DNA of 64,000 nt from assembly GCA_963678315.1 (NCBI GenBank), contig OY782781.1, positions 2,528,001 to 2,592,000 on the forward strand. The letters run 5' to 3'. Below are positions 10,244-21,200 of this stretch, one piece after another. This DNA comes from Candidatus Cloacimonadales bacterium. GTDB lineage: Bacteria > Cloacimonadota > Cloacimonadia > Cloacimonadales > JAFGVF01. Positions within the stretch are counted from its first letter, which is position 1, and the number at the start of each line of letters is the position of its first letter. The translations under genes were made by a program, and so were the position numbers. The notes under the pieces are model-generated. The model searched no databases. It had not been told where the DNA came from and saw only the letters and a program-made list of their open reading frames with translations.

Positions 10244-11080
10244 TTATTCTTTTGACTTGATTAACTCAAGTAATTCCTTAACCTTTATCTCACTAATTTT
10301 TGTTTCCAGAGAATATCTTGACTTAACAAGTTCAATAGCTTGTCCAAGATTCATATCACTCTGGTCTTTAAGTACCATATCATCACTTTCAATGATTTCA
10401 ATATAGCCTTTGTTTTCCAATTCTATAACGCCTACACCCTTTAATTCTTTAAGTTTTGAAACTAACTCAGCTTTAAATTCATTAGAAAAACCTTCAGTAA
10501 TGCGTTCAAATTCATCATCGTTAGAAATAGTTTCATCTTCTTCAACACTTTCTATCTCAACTTCCTCAGCACCTTGTTCATTTTCATAAACTAAACTACC
10601 TTCATTATTATAGATAAGGTCTTCATCAGGGACTATATTAAACAATCTCTTTTCAGAATCAGAGAATAGACTATCAATCAAAGAATTGAAGTAGGGTACT
10701 TGCACTTTTTCTGTTGAAGAATGATCTTTGCTTGAATCATTTGGACTAGAATCAACCTTCTCTTCTTCCTTAGTTACAGCCAAAGTATCTTCTTGCTTAT
10801 CGGTCTTCTTTTTATCAGCTTCAGAAAGTGAGTTATCAATCTCAACATTATCGTTTTTAATTAACAGATCAGAATTTTTATCAGCTTTCTTGAATAAATT
10901 GTTACTTGCTGAAACAATCTCTTTTAATGCTGAAATCTTATCAGTAAAATCATATTCTTCAAGTGTGTTTAGATGCTTATATATTGTTAAAGCATCTCTA
11001 CTCAAGCCTTGTTCTTCATATAATTTTGCTAAGGTAGGTGTTGGACCTATTTTAAATTTTAATGTCAAGTTACTACTCAC
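10244..11080 (-). CDS. Hypothetical acidic protein with a single TPR-like motif
   Basis: TPTLAKLYEEQG...ALTIYKHL at N-terminus; D/E-rich remainder; overlaps comEA stop. Confidence 0.6.
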   Translation of the reverse strand: MSSNLTLKFKIGPTPTLAKLYEEQGLSRDALTIYKHLNTLEEYDFTDKISALKEIVSASNNLFKKADKNSDLLIKNDNVEIDNSLSEADKKKTDKQEDTLAVTKEEEKVDSSPNDSSKDHSSTEKVQVPYFNSLIDSLFSDSEKRLFNIVPDEDLIYNNEGSLVYENEQGAEEVEIESVEEDETISNDDEFERITEGFSNEFKAELVSKLKELKGVGVIELENKGYIEIIESDDMVLKDQSDMNLGQAIELVKSRYSLETKISEIKVKELLELIKSKE

Positions 11081-11703
11081 TGTTTTTTGCTTTCAATAAA
11101 GAATTTCTCTTTAATTTTTGCAAGTGTTTTTTTACCAATACCTTTAATTTCTAGTAATTGTTCCATATTTGTAAAGAAATTTATTTGATTTCTATAATCT
11201 AAAATTGCTTTAGCTTTCTTTTCTCCAATACCTTTTATTTGGCAAAGGTCAGGTATAGAGGCATGGTTTATATCTAATTTATTTTCATGATTTATCGATG
11301 CATTGATTACAGCTAGTGTATCGCTTGTCTGCAGCTCTCTGACTGGAAAGATTACCAAATTTGGCTTCATCTTTTCAAGAGTTTTCTTACCTATCCCCTT
11401 AACTTTAAGCAAATCTTCAGTAGATTCAAAAGTATTCTCCTTGCGGTAATCAATTATCTTCTGAGCTGTTTTCTCTCCTATTCCCTTAATCTGACATAAT
11501 TCTTCTACTGTAGCTGTTCTAATATCTATTTTTATTATATAATCTTTTTGCAGTTTTGTTTTGAGAGAATCTGAGTTTACGTTGTCAGAATATAATCTAT
11601 CTATACCAAATTGATTGATTAGAATTATTATGAAAGCTATCGCTAGGATTATTGATAAAAGTCTTCTCTCGCTTGCTGTAAAATAGTTTTTCAAGTTCAA
11701 CAT
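11077..11703 (-). CDS. comEA: ComEA family DNA-binding protein with two HhH-pair domains
   Basis: N-terminal TM; repeated LCQIKGIGEK...KGIGKKT HhH motifs. Confidence 0.85.
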   Translation of the reverse strand: MLNLKNYFTASERRLLSIILAIAFIIILINQFGIDRLYSDNVNSDSLKTKLQKDYIIKIDIRTATVEELCQIKGIGEKTAQKIIDYRKENTFESTEDLLKVKGIGKKTLEKMKPNLVIFPVRELQTSDTLAVINASINHENKLDINHASIPDLCQIKGIGEKKAKAILDYRNQINFFTNMEQLLEIKGIGKKTLAKIKEKFFIESKKQ

Positions 11704-11705
11704 GG

Positions 11706-12098
11706 CTATTTCTTTACTTTAATATAAGTTGCATTTGCTTCAGCAATAATTTTTCCGTCTTGCTCAATCTTTCCTCTAGTCTTAATAGTTCTAGATCTTT
11801 GTTCAATTATTTCACCGTATATTTTTATGGGAGTCTCCACTTTTAAAGCTCTTCTATATTTCACAGTCATTTCTCCGGTTACAGCAACTACATCTTTATA
11901 AAGAATAATTTTAGCCATAGCCTCATCCAATATAGTTGCTACAATACCTCCATGTGTTATATTTGGATATCCTTCATAATCTTTAGCTACTACATATTCA
12001 GAAATAGCCATGTTATTATCATAAGAAAACTTCAATTTAAGACCTTTTTCATTCTCTTGACCACACGCAAAGCATGTATTATAAATTGCTTCTGACAT
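11706..12098 (-). CDS. PaaI family thioesterase (hotdog fold)
   Basis: CFACG..N..GL, HGGIVATILDEAM. Confidence 0.9.
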   Translation of the reverse strand: MSEAIYNTCFACGQENEKGLKLKFSYDNNMAISEYVVAKDYEGYPNITHGGIVATILDEAMAKIILYKDVVAVTGEMTVKYRRALKVETPIKIYGEIIEQRSRTIKTRGKIEQDGKIIAEANATYIKVKK

Positions 12099-12479
12099 TT
12101 CTCCTCCTACTAGTTTCTCAAATCATATAAAACAATGTTTTGTAGTAAAGTATTTTCTGAAGATTTTATCTTTTTTCCCTTGCTTATTGACTATTTTCAT
12201 ACAAAGCAGATGATTTAAATGGGTTGAAGTATATATTTTCAACTGATAAACTCTTGCTAATAAGATCATTCTTACTTTAAACTTAAAAAAAAGCCTAGAT
12301 TTGTTAAAGGATCAAGTAATAGTCGCCTAGTCATTAGGCATATTACATAAAAAAAAGGACATGCACTAGCCTAATATCAATGATAATTGAACTTTTTGAC
12401 TATTTTTGCTATTGACACAATTTCACTATATTTCATTATAGAATAGAAGTAATAATATTTAGTTAAGTGAGTTAAAATA

Positions 12480-13067
12480 ATGCTAAAATTTAATTATTGT
12501 AAATTTGTTAGAATATCTATATTGATCACAGTTTCAATCATTATTTCTAGTTGTGGAATATTCGAACCTAGAGATAATGATGAACCTGAACAACCAGCTC
12601 CCTGGGTTTCAAATCCAGTTAATGCCGAGCAAATATTAACAAATCTTCAGTATAGTTATAATTATTCTCAAAATGCAACAAATTACAATGCTATTTTCAC
12701 TTCAGACTACACCTTTCACTTTTCTAATCAAGACATTTTAGAACATGGGACTCCAGAAACTATGAATAAATTGGAAGAAATGGATATGCTTATAAACTTG
12801 CATAAGAACCTTTCCGGCAGTAATGATGAAGTTGTTCTCAGCTTTGATGAAATTGATTCTGAAAGCGACCAGATTAACTCCGATACTGCTGTTCTTTACA
12901 GAAGCTATGAAATCCAAGTAACTTCAAATGGACAGACCACAACTTATTCAGGGAAAGCAGAGTTTCACTTAATATCTACTGGCCGTTGGTTCATATCTAA
13001 TTGGTATGACTTTAGATCCGACTCAAATAAAACATGGGGAAAACTAAAATATGAATATGCTCTTTAG
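12480..13067 (+). CDS. Hypothetical lipoprotein (possibly NTF2-like)
   Basis: Lipobox ISSC; paralogous to the next gene. Confidence 0.65.
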   Translation: MLKFNYCKFVRISILITVSIIISSCGIFEPRDNDEPEQPAPWVSNPVNAEQILTNLQYSYNYSQNATNYNAIFTSDYTFHFSNQDILEHGTPETMNKLEEMDMLINLHKNLSGSNDEVVLSFDEIDSESDQINSDTAVLYRSYEIQVTSNGQTTTYSGKAEFHLISTGRWFISNWYDFRSDSNKTWGKLKYEYAL

Positions 13068-13632
13068 AACACTTATCATAGCTTTTATGATTATTACACT
13101 TGGATGTGACAACCCTTTCAATCCTGATTCAGAAAACAATAATAATCCGACTGAGTCTAATCCGAATGATTCTCCAGAGAATTTGATTAGTAATCTTGAA
13201 CTAGCTTATAACCAAAAAGACATTGATTTATACAAGAGCTGTCTTGCCGATGATTTTAGATTTCAATTAATAGAAACAGATGTAACTGATATTGGTATAG
13301 ATTTAGATAGTGATGGTATCCCTGATAGTGAATGGGGTTATCAACAAGAAATTGAATATCACTCTAATCTATTTGGAGATGGTTCTTCTGATGGACAGTA
13401 CCCTTCTCCAGACACAATTAACCTTACATTTACAAGTTTAATAATTGATGATGATATAGAAGAAGGTCATGAAGGTTGGAAGATAGTAGATTGCCATTTT
13501 AGCTTACAACTATTCTTTACTGCTGACAATACTGCTTTATCTGCTAATGGTTATACAAAATTTTATGTTAGACCAATAGAGGATGAATGGGAAATTGCTA
13601 TTTGGCGCGATCAATCAAATGTTTATAAGTAG
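13051..13632 (+). CDS. Hypothetical lipoprotein (possibly NTF2-like) with DxDxDG motif
   Basis: Lipobox TLGC; DLDSDGIPD; WEIAIWRD end. Confidence 0.65.
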   Translation: MNMLFRTLIIAFMIITLGCDNPFNPDSENNNNPTESNPNDSPENLISNLELAYNQKDIDLYKSCLADDFRFQLIETDVTDIGIDLDSDGIPDSEWGYQQEIEYHSNLFGDGSSDGQYPSPDTINLTFTSLIIDDDIEEGHEGWKIVDCHFSLQLFFTADNTALSANGYTKFYVRPIEDEWEIAIWRDQSNVYK

Positions 13633-13641
13633 GTAAATAAT

Positions 13642-14055
13642 ATGTTTAGAGTAATGGCAATTGATTATGGTGAAAAGCGTATTGGTATAGCACTAACTGA
13701 CCCTCTAAAGATAATCTCGAAACCTTTTTGTGTTCTTGAAAATAAAGGTAAAAAGCAGTTTATTGAAGACTTAGAAGATCTTATTAAAAAGCAGAATGTT
13801 GGTGATATTGTTCTTGGCTATCCTCTCGGACATGATGGACAACAAACCAAAAAGACACTTGAAGTGCTTAAAATTCATGAATATTTAAATAAGCACCTTG
13901 ATCAAGAAGTAAAGCTTCAAGATGAAAGATTCACAACAGTTGAAGCTAATGAAGAATTAAAAAAGATGGGTTATAATTATATGGAAGCTAAGAAAGTAAT
14001 AGATATGGTGGCAGCCTATATGATTTTAAAATCTTATGTTCAGGAGAAATACTAA
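13642..14055 (+). CDS. ruvX: YqgF/RuvX pre-16S rRNA nuclease
   Basis: AIDYGEKRIGIALTD, DERFTT, ID..AA..IL. Confidence 0.95.
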   Translation: MFRVMAIDYGEKRIGIALTDPLKIISKPFCVLENKGKKQFIEDLEDLIKKQNVGDIVLGYPLGHDGQQTKKTLEVLKIHEYLNKHLDQEVKLQDERFTTVEANEELKKMGYNYMEAKKVIDMVAAYMILKSYVQEKY

Positions 14056-15068
14056 TGAGAAACTCTTTTACTAAAATCCTAATAGTTTTAGTTATTGCAC
14101 TTGCAGTTTTCTTCTTCATGGGCTACAAAGCTATTTATATGCCTTTCAACTCTAATGAATCAGATATAAAAGTTACAATCAACATAAAAGCTGGTTCTTC
14201 TATAAATCAAATTGGTGAAAAACTTGAAAGATCTGGTTTAATATCAAATGCTAAATGGTTCAGACTTTATACCTATATTTACGGATTTGATACAAAAATG
14301 AAAAGTGGTATTTATAAACTAAATAAAGGTCTAAAAATGACTGAGGTTGTTGAATATATAATAAATAATCAGAATCAAGAAGTCTTCCACCACCCTAATA
14401 AAATATCTATTCCTGAAGGATTAACTTCAGAACAAATCATAAACCTCTTTGTAGATGCTAACATAGGAAACCATGATGAATTAGATCAAATTTTCAATGA
14501 CCCAAAGTTTATTGAGAATAATACAGGTATTAAAGCTAGTTCATTAGAAGGCTTTATTTATCCAAAGACCTATTATTACGAAAATAATATTTCAGCAGAA
14601 GACTTCTTAATAAAATATCCCTTAGCACAATTTAAGAAAGAATTTGGAGATGCAATTAACTCTGATGACTTCTATACAAAGCTTATTCTTGCTTCTATAG
14701 TTGAAAAAGAAGCTGCAAATGAAGAGGAAAAGCCTCTTATTGCTTCGGTTTTCTTAAATAGAATTAATAGAGGTATGAGACTTGATTCTAGTGCTACCCA
14801 TGTTAAAATATTTGCTAAACGAGGAGTAAAACCTCCTAGCAAACTGTGGAACAAACATCTTGCAATCAACTCACCATATAATACTTATAAAAATCCTGGA
14901 TTACCCCCTACCCCTATTTGTTCACCAGCTTATTCATCTTATGATGCTATTATAAATGCACCAGCTAGTGAATATCTTTACTTCTTCGCCAGTGTAGATG
15001 GTTCCAGTACTTTTTCAACAAGTCTTAGCACTCACAACAATTTAAGAAAGAAATACCAACGAAGATAA
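14055..15068 (+). CDS. mltG: Endolytic transglycosylase MltG
   Basis: IPEG, LEGFIYPKTY, ASIVEKE, SPYNTY..PGLPPTPI. Confidence 0.95.
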   Translation: MRNSFTKILIVLVIALAVFFFMGYKAIYMPFNSNESDIKVTINIKAGSSINQIGEKLERSGLISNAKWFRLYTYIYGFDTKMKSGIYKLNKGLKMTEVVEYIINNQNQEVFHHPNKISIPEGLTSEQIINLFVDANIGNHDELDQIFNDPKFIENNTGIKASSLEGFIYPKTYYYENNISAEDFLIKYPLAQFKKEFGDAINSDDFYTKLILASIVEKEAANEEEKPLIASVFLNRINRGMRLDSSATHVKIFAKRGVKPPSKLWNKHLAINSPYNTYKNPGLPPTPICSPAYSSYDAIINAPASEYLYFFASVDGSSTFSTSLSTHNNLRKKYQRR

Positions 15069-15141
15069 TCTTAATCAATCATTTTTTTATATTGGATTAA
15101 CAAATTACTAAAACACATTTAATGATCCTATTCAATAATAA

Positions 15142-15169
15142 AACGGGAAAGTAAATTTACTTTCCCGTT
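15142..15169. terminator. Perfect 28-bp palindrome between convergent genes, probable terminator
   Basis: AACGGGAAAGTAAA|TTTACTTTCCCGTT. Confidence 0.7.
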
Positions 15170-15220
15170 ACTTAATTTAGCATACTTAATTAAGTCATGT
15201 TATGTTTGGTTGTTGTTTGT

Positions 15221-18200
15221 TTATTTCATTAATATCATCTTCTTTACTTGAGAGATGTTTTTAGTTTTCATTTTGTAGAAGAATACGCCCGAAGCAACCC
15301 TTCTACCTTGACTATCTTTACCATTCCATACAACATTATGACTACCTGCATCGACAGTATCATTTATTAAGGTATTTACTTTTTGTCCCTTAACATTGAA
15401 GATATCAATTCTTACCTTACCTCTCTCTTTCATTGAGAAGTTAATAGTAGTTTCAGGGTTAAATGGATTTGGGTAGTTATTATTTAATGATTCTGTGAAC
15501 ATATCAACATTGTTATCTTCATTATCAACACTTCCTTGATTAGATCTTACAGTGACTTGATCTATCATAAGTAAGAAACCTTCTTCACTAACTGTTTGAA
15601 TAGCAATATAGACTGTTTGTCCTTCATAATCAGCTAATGAGTAGATATAGTGCTTCCATGAAGTTGGAACTTCTTCCCCATCAGTAGGGATTTCAGTTAG
15701 TGCAGTAAAGTCTTCTGGTTCAGTTCCAGTTGTTGAAACTAATACCTTGATATAATCACTACCATACAATTTAGTAAAACTCTTAGCCCAGAAGTCAATA
15801 GATGATTGGCTACCTAATTGGATTTGAGGAGTAATCATCCAGTCATTATTTGTTACACCTTCAGAAGCAAAGTGAGCTACGAATTTTGTAGCAGAGTGAG
15901 CTTGGAATTCTGGGATAGTAATACTAGGATTCACATTATATGGGTTAAATATCATATATGCATAAGGAGCTGCCATGTTTGCCCATTCAAAATCTTGAAT
16001 TGCATAGTTATTAGCTCCGTCAACATTGTGAAGAGTCCACGGATCGAATTCAATAGCAAAATCGTCATAATCTTCGAAGTCATCTGAGAAAACCTGGCTA
16101 CTTAATTCACCGAATGAAACAGTTGCAGAAGCAGTTGGATGTGAATATCCAGCAGGTTCGTTATAATAAGCAACAATTTGGTATGAGTATTCAAAACCAG
16201 CAACAACAGTATCATCAATATATGATGTATTAGTAACTAAGGCTGGAGTAAGTCCATGACCATCTCTAAATACAGCATAACCAACAATTGACCCATCATC
16301 AGCTTGAGGAGCATCCCAATTTAAGGCAACATTAGAGTTTTCAACTACTGCTGTTAAGTTTGTTGCAGGAACAAAGTGATAAGCAGCTATATCAATTCTA
16401 TATTCACCATAAGGTTCAAACCAGCTAGTTTTATTTGAACCATCGACTATCAAGAAGTAGTCTCCAGCAGGAAGATCCATGAATGTAATGATAGAGTTGT
16501 AGCCTCTTTGAGGATTTCTATTATCATTACGTAAGAGTCTCATCTCTTCGCTATCATCATTATAATATAGGGCATTATCAGGACCTGGAGTTTCAGATGC
16601 ACTATAGACTGCTACTTTAGTATCCCAACTAACTTCATTAAGAGCAACATGAACAGTCATATCATCTTCAAATGAAAGCTTATATACTACATCATTTGCA
16701 TCATCAATAGCAGTTTCATAAGGTAAAACATAAGTGTTATCGAAGCTTTCTGAATTTCCATAAGCAGTATACTCATTATCAGTGAATTCTACTTGAATAG
16801 GATCATCTATAGTATTTCCTTCTGTTCCATAAGCATAGCCAGAAATTGGAATATTGTGTAATTCCCTACCATCAGAAACTGTGATAAATGCTTCTTGTAA
16901 CCCAGAGTTAGTTGGTCTGAAAATCACATTGAAATCTATTTGACCTGTTGTAATTTCAGAAGGATATGTATTAGAATCAATCATTACAAATTGGTCAGCT
17001 CCATCGCCAGTAAGTTCTACTGAATTAATCTCTAGAGTTCCGATTCCAACATTAGCAATTCTGAATGATTTAGTAGCTGACATATTTCCAGTTTGAGTTA
17101 AATCAAATCTATGATTGTTTGGAAGTATGTTGAATACAGGATTAGTAGCTTGTTCACCAATAAACAAGTTATCAATAGAGATTTTACAGTTTGGACTTTC
17201 TTCAGTTGATTCAGCATAGAAAGCAAAGACAACTTCTCCGCTATAGCCATCTAAATCAACAACTTCAGATTGACCTGTATTAGAAATTGGAGTATTGCTA
17301 TTCCATACTTTTAAGATGTTATCTTCAGTCCAGCTTGCACCATTATCAGTAGAAATCATAAGCATTAACTTATCATCACTACCAAAGTTAGCGATTTCTT
17401 GAGTAGTAGATTTGGTTAAAGCTAAATCAAAACGTACTTGATTAACGATATCTTCATTAGAACCTAAGTCCACTAGAGGAGAAACAACCCAATTAGCTAC
17501 TTCATCACCATAGAATTCTATAGTTAAAGCATCATTATCAGCCTCTTGATTAGCAAAATTATCCAGTCCCCATCCAAGATAGGTATTTATTATTCTAGTA
17601 TCATTTTCAGTTCCATATAAACCTAAGAATTCTGACCATCCTAGAGGGAAGAACGGCATTGAATTATAATCGTTGAAGTTATCAGTTACAGGAACATCTA
17701 AATTACTAAATGAAGATGTTGTGAAGTTCCATATAGGAGCATTACTTGCATCACCAATACTATTTGTTGGAATAACCTGCCAGTAATATTGTGTTTCTGG
17801 CTCAAGGTTGGTTAGCACTTTAGATGTTACACTTCCAACTTCAACATTATTTAGAATGTTTGTTGGAGGATTATCTGTACCAACATTAATTTTATATCCA
17901 TTTGCATTAGCAGCTTCATTCCAGTAAAGAGCTGTTGTATGGTAGACATATTCTTGATCATCTTCAGGATAGATAAGAGAAGTCACACTTGGAACTTGAT
18001 CATATACTAGAGGTGGCAAGAAAATATCATCTATACCAAAAGCATAAGTGTCAACAGAATCATCATTATAATGATAGAAGGCAATATAAATATCTTGTCC
18101 TACAAAGTCTGATAAATCAACAACTTTTCTTTCCCAAATTTCAGGACCTACCTGTTCAGAAGCGATTGTTGTTGTGAAATCAGAGACATTTGTACCACTT

Positions 18201-21200
18201 GTTGAAACTTTAATATCATAAGAATCACCATATATTTCTGGATTCATTGGTCGTACATAATATATTAAAGAATCAGCTTCACGAACATTAACTTTAGGAG
18301 TTACTAACCAGTTTTGAGGGTCATAGTCATCTCCAAACATAGAACCTGAATTAGACTTAGTGAATTTATCACCAGTCCTTGCGTATGAACCTGACCAAGA
18401 ATTCCATGAGTGTTCATCACCGTCATTATCGATACTTAACCAACCTGCAGGAGGATAGTTTTCATGCTCAAAGCTCTCGTAATAAGTAGCAATATCTAGA
18501 GCATTACCTTGTAAAGTTACTTGGTAATCACCAGCATTAGTGTTGATAGTTAGCTGAACTTCTTTTTGTTCTGCTGTTTGAGGAACAAAAGCTAATCCAA
18601 CATTAAAAATGTTTTCACTAATTTCAATTGGAAGTTGACCATTTAAAGTATAGTTAAAATCATCACTATCTAAGGATATTGAGTTAATAACAAAACTTGT
18701 TTCACCATTATTGCTAATAACTAAATTCTTAGTATCAGTAGAATTACCAACATTCATATCTGTGAAGTCGATTACATCTGCGGATAATGTAACATTTGCT
18801 TCAACAGTCTGCACACTAGCATTTATTTGAAGTGAATAATTCCCTTCCGCACCTGCATAAGAATCAACTACAATATAATAAGTTCCTGCTTCAAATGTTA
18901 AATCTTCTAATGATGATTGTGGAATTCTTGTATCAAAGTTATCATTATAGAATAGGTAATTGTCAGAAGCAGGTAAAACACCTTCTGCGTAAACACCTAA
19001 TTTAGTATCATAATCTGAGCCTAATAGTGAGATTGAAGCTTCAGCATCATTATCAAAAACTAACTTGAATACAACATCTTTGCCATCATTAGCCGGTAAA
19101 TCATAATCGTTATACATCGCAGAGTTACTAGCTGTATAAAGGAAGTTACCTTCATCATCTAATACAACATCAATAGCTGTTTCAATTATATCTCCAGCAA
19201 GAGGTACATAAGCTAAGCCGTTAACGTCAATAGTATAATCACCAACATTAGTTGAAATTGTTACATTAGCAGAGTGTTGTCCTGCACTTGTAGGATTGAA
19301 ATTAACTGCAAGTTCAATTGAATTAGTCATCATTTCTACTGGATAGTCATTGCTATCAATTAAAGAGAAATTGTCTGTATCAGATAAATCAATACTTGTA
19401 ATTCTAAGTGTTCCTGAACCAGAGTTTCCTATAGTAATGTTATCAACAGTTCTTGTAGAATCTACTATTGTATCATTGAATTCTATTTCTTCTACAGAAA
19501 GTGATATGACTGGTGTTTCAACTGCAGGTAATACTTTGAAGTTATCAACATAGACATTATAATCATTGTTTGAAAGAGTTGATTCTCCATAAAAGGCTAT
19601 TTTAACTTGTTCACTATAGTCAGCTAATGAAATAGTAACTGTTTCACCAGTATTTGATATTGTATCTGTTGATCTCCATTCTCTGAGGATGTTTGCATTA
19701 GACCAAGTAGCCCCATTATCCGTTGAGATAACAACAGCAAACACATCATCTTCCGACAAAGAAGAAGCTGTTGTACCATTATAGCTAGTTAAGCCTGTAT
19801 CAAATGTTAGCTCATATTCGCTTCCAGAAGCTAAGTCTATTGTAGGTGTTATTAACCAATATCGTACTCCTGTTCCCCATATGTTAAGTCTAGCTGATCC
19901 TTCATCACCATCATTGAGATAGCCATCAGCAATCCAACCACTTGTTGAACTTTCTAAAGTTGAATCTTCTGTTAAGAAACCTCTAGCTTTAGTCCAAAAA
20001 GCTGGTAAGAATTCTGTAAAATCTTGTATATATGGTGGTTCAGCAACAGGATTTGCTTCTGTTGTGAAAGACCATACAGCTACATCTTCAGCTTCTCCAT
20101 AAGAAGAGTATGGTCTAATACTCCAGAAGTATTGTGTGCTCCAATCTAATTCTATTTCATAAGAAGTTACTAAGCCTAAATCTTCTTCATTAAGAAGATT
20201 AGTTCCTTCTGTGTCAGTTCCAATTGATAGTTTGTATCCTTGAGCATATAAATCACTATTCCATGCTAATTCTATATTCTTTGTAACATTTAAAGCTGCA
20301 TCTTGTGGTTGAACCAAAGTAACAGCACTTGGAACTTGGCCTTCTGTTGAGATAGCTGGGAAGATTACTTGGTCAAGATGAGTATAACGGTCACCTTCTC
20401 TCTTAAAGCCTAAGTAATAATCGCCAACAAATGAACTTAGATCAACCTCTATTGTTTGATATATATCAGTGAAACTTGTAGTATTTAATTCTGTCCAGTT
20501 ACTTGCATCAGAAGAGATTCCAAGAATGATTCCGCCTGGATTATCATAACCATTAGAACTATGATAAATAACTTTATCTCCATCTACAATATGAAGTTTT
20601 GGTGTTACAAGATAATCATTAACATTACCACCACATAAGGCTGATTTTTCACCATCAAAGGGATGAGATGAAGATTGCGCCCACACATTACCTGGATCAG
20701 TCCATCCAGAAGGTTCAAAGATAGCTTCGAATGATTCTACATTTGTAACTTCATTAATACCGATACCATTAATATCAACTTCTTTGTCTAGACCACCATT
20801 ACTAGAAATAATGATACTTGAGCTAGATAAAGCAAATTCTGTTGGAGTAAAAGTTACTTCAATCTCTAAGCTTTCGCCTTCTTCAATACTAGTTGAATAA
20901 TCTGATATTTCAAAGACATCATCATTTCCTGTTATACTATCAATAGTTAATGAATTGATACCAATATTTGAAACTGTTAATATCGCGGTGTTACTTTCGC
21001 CAATAACTGTTGGAGGAAAAGCAATATGATCAGTATCTAATGCTATGATTGGAGATACTGCTAATTGATTGACATAACAGTCTCCTGAAACTAATTCAAC
21101 ATCGTATGGGCTATCACCTAATATCTCCCATTCGATTGTTTGATTACCAGATACAATATCTGATATTTCTACAGTTACTTCAACACTATTGTTACCACTA

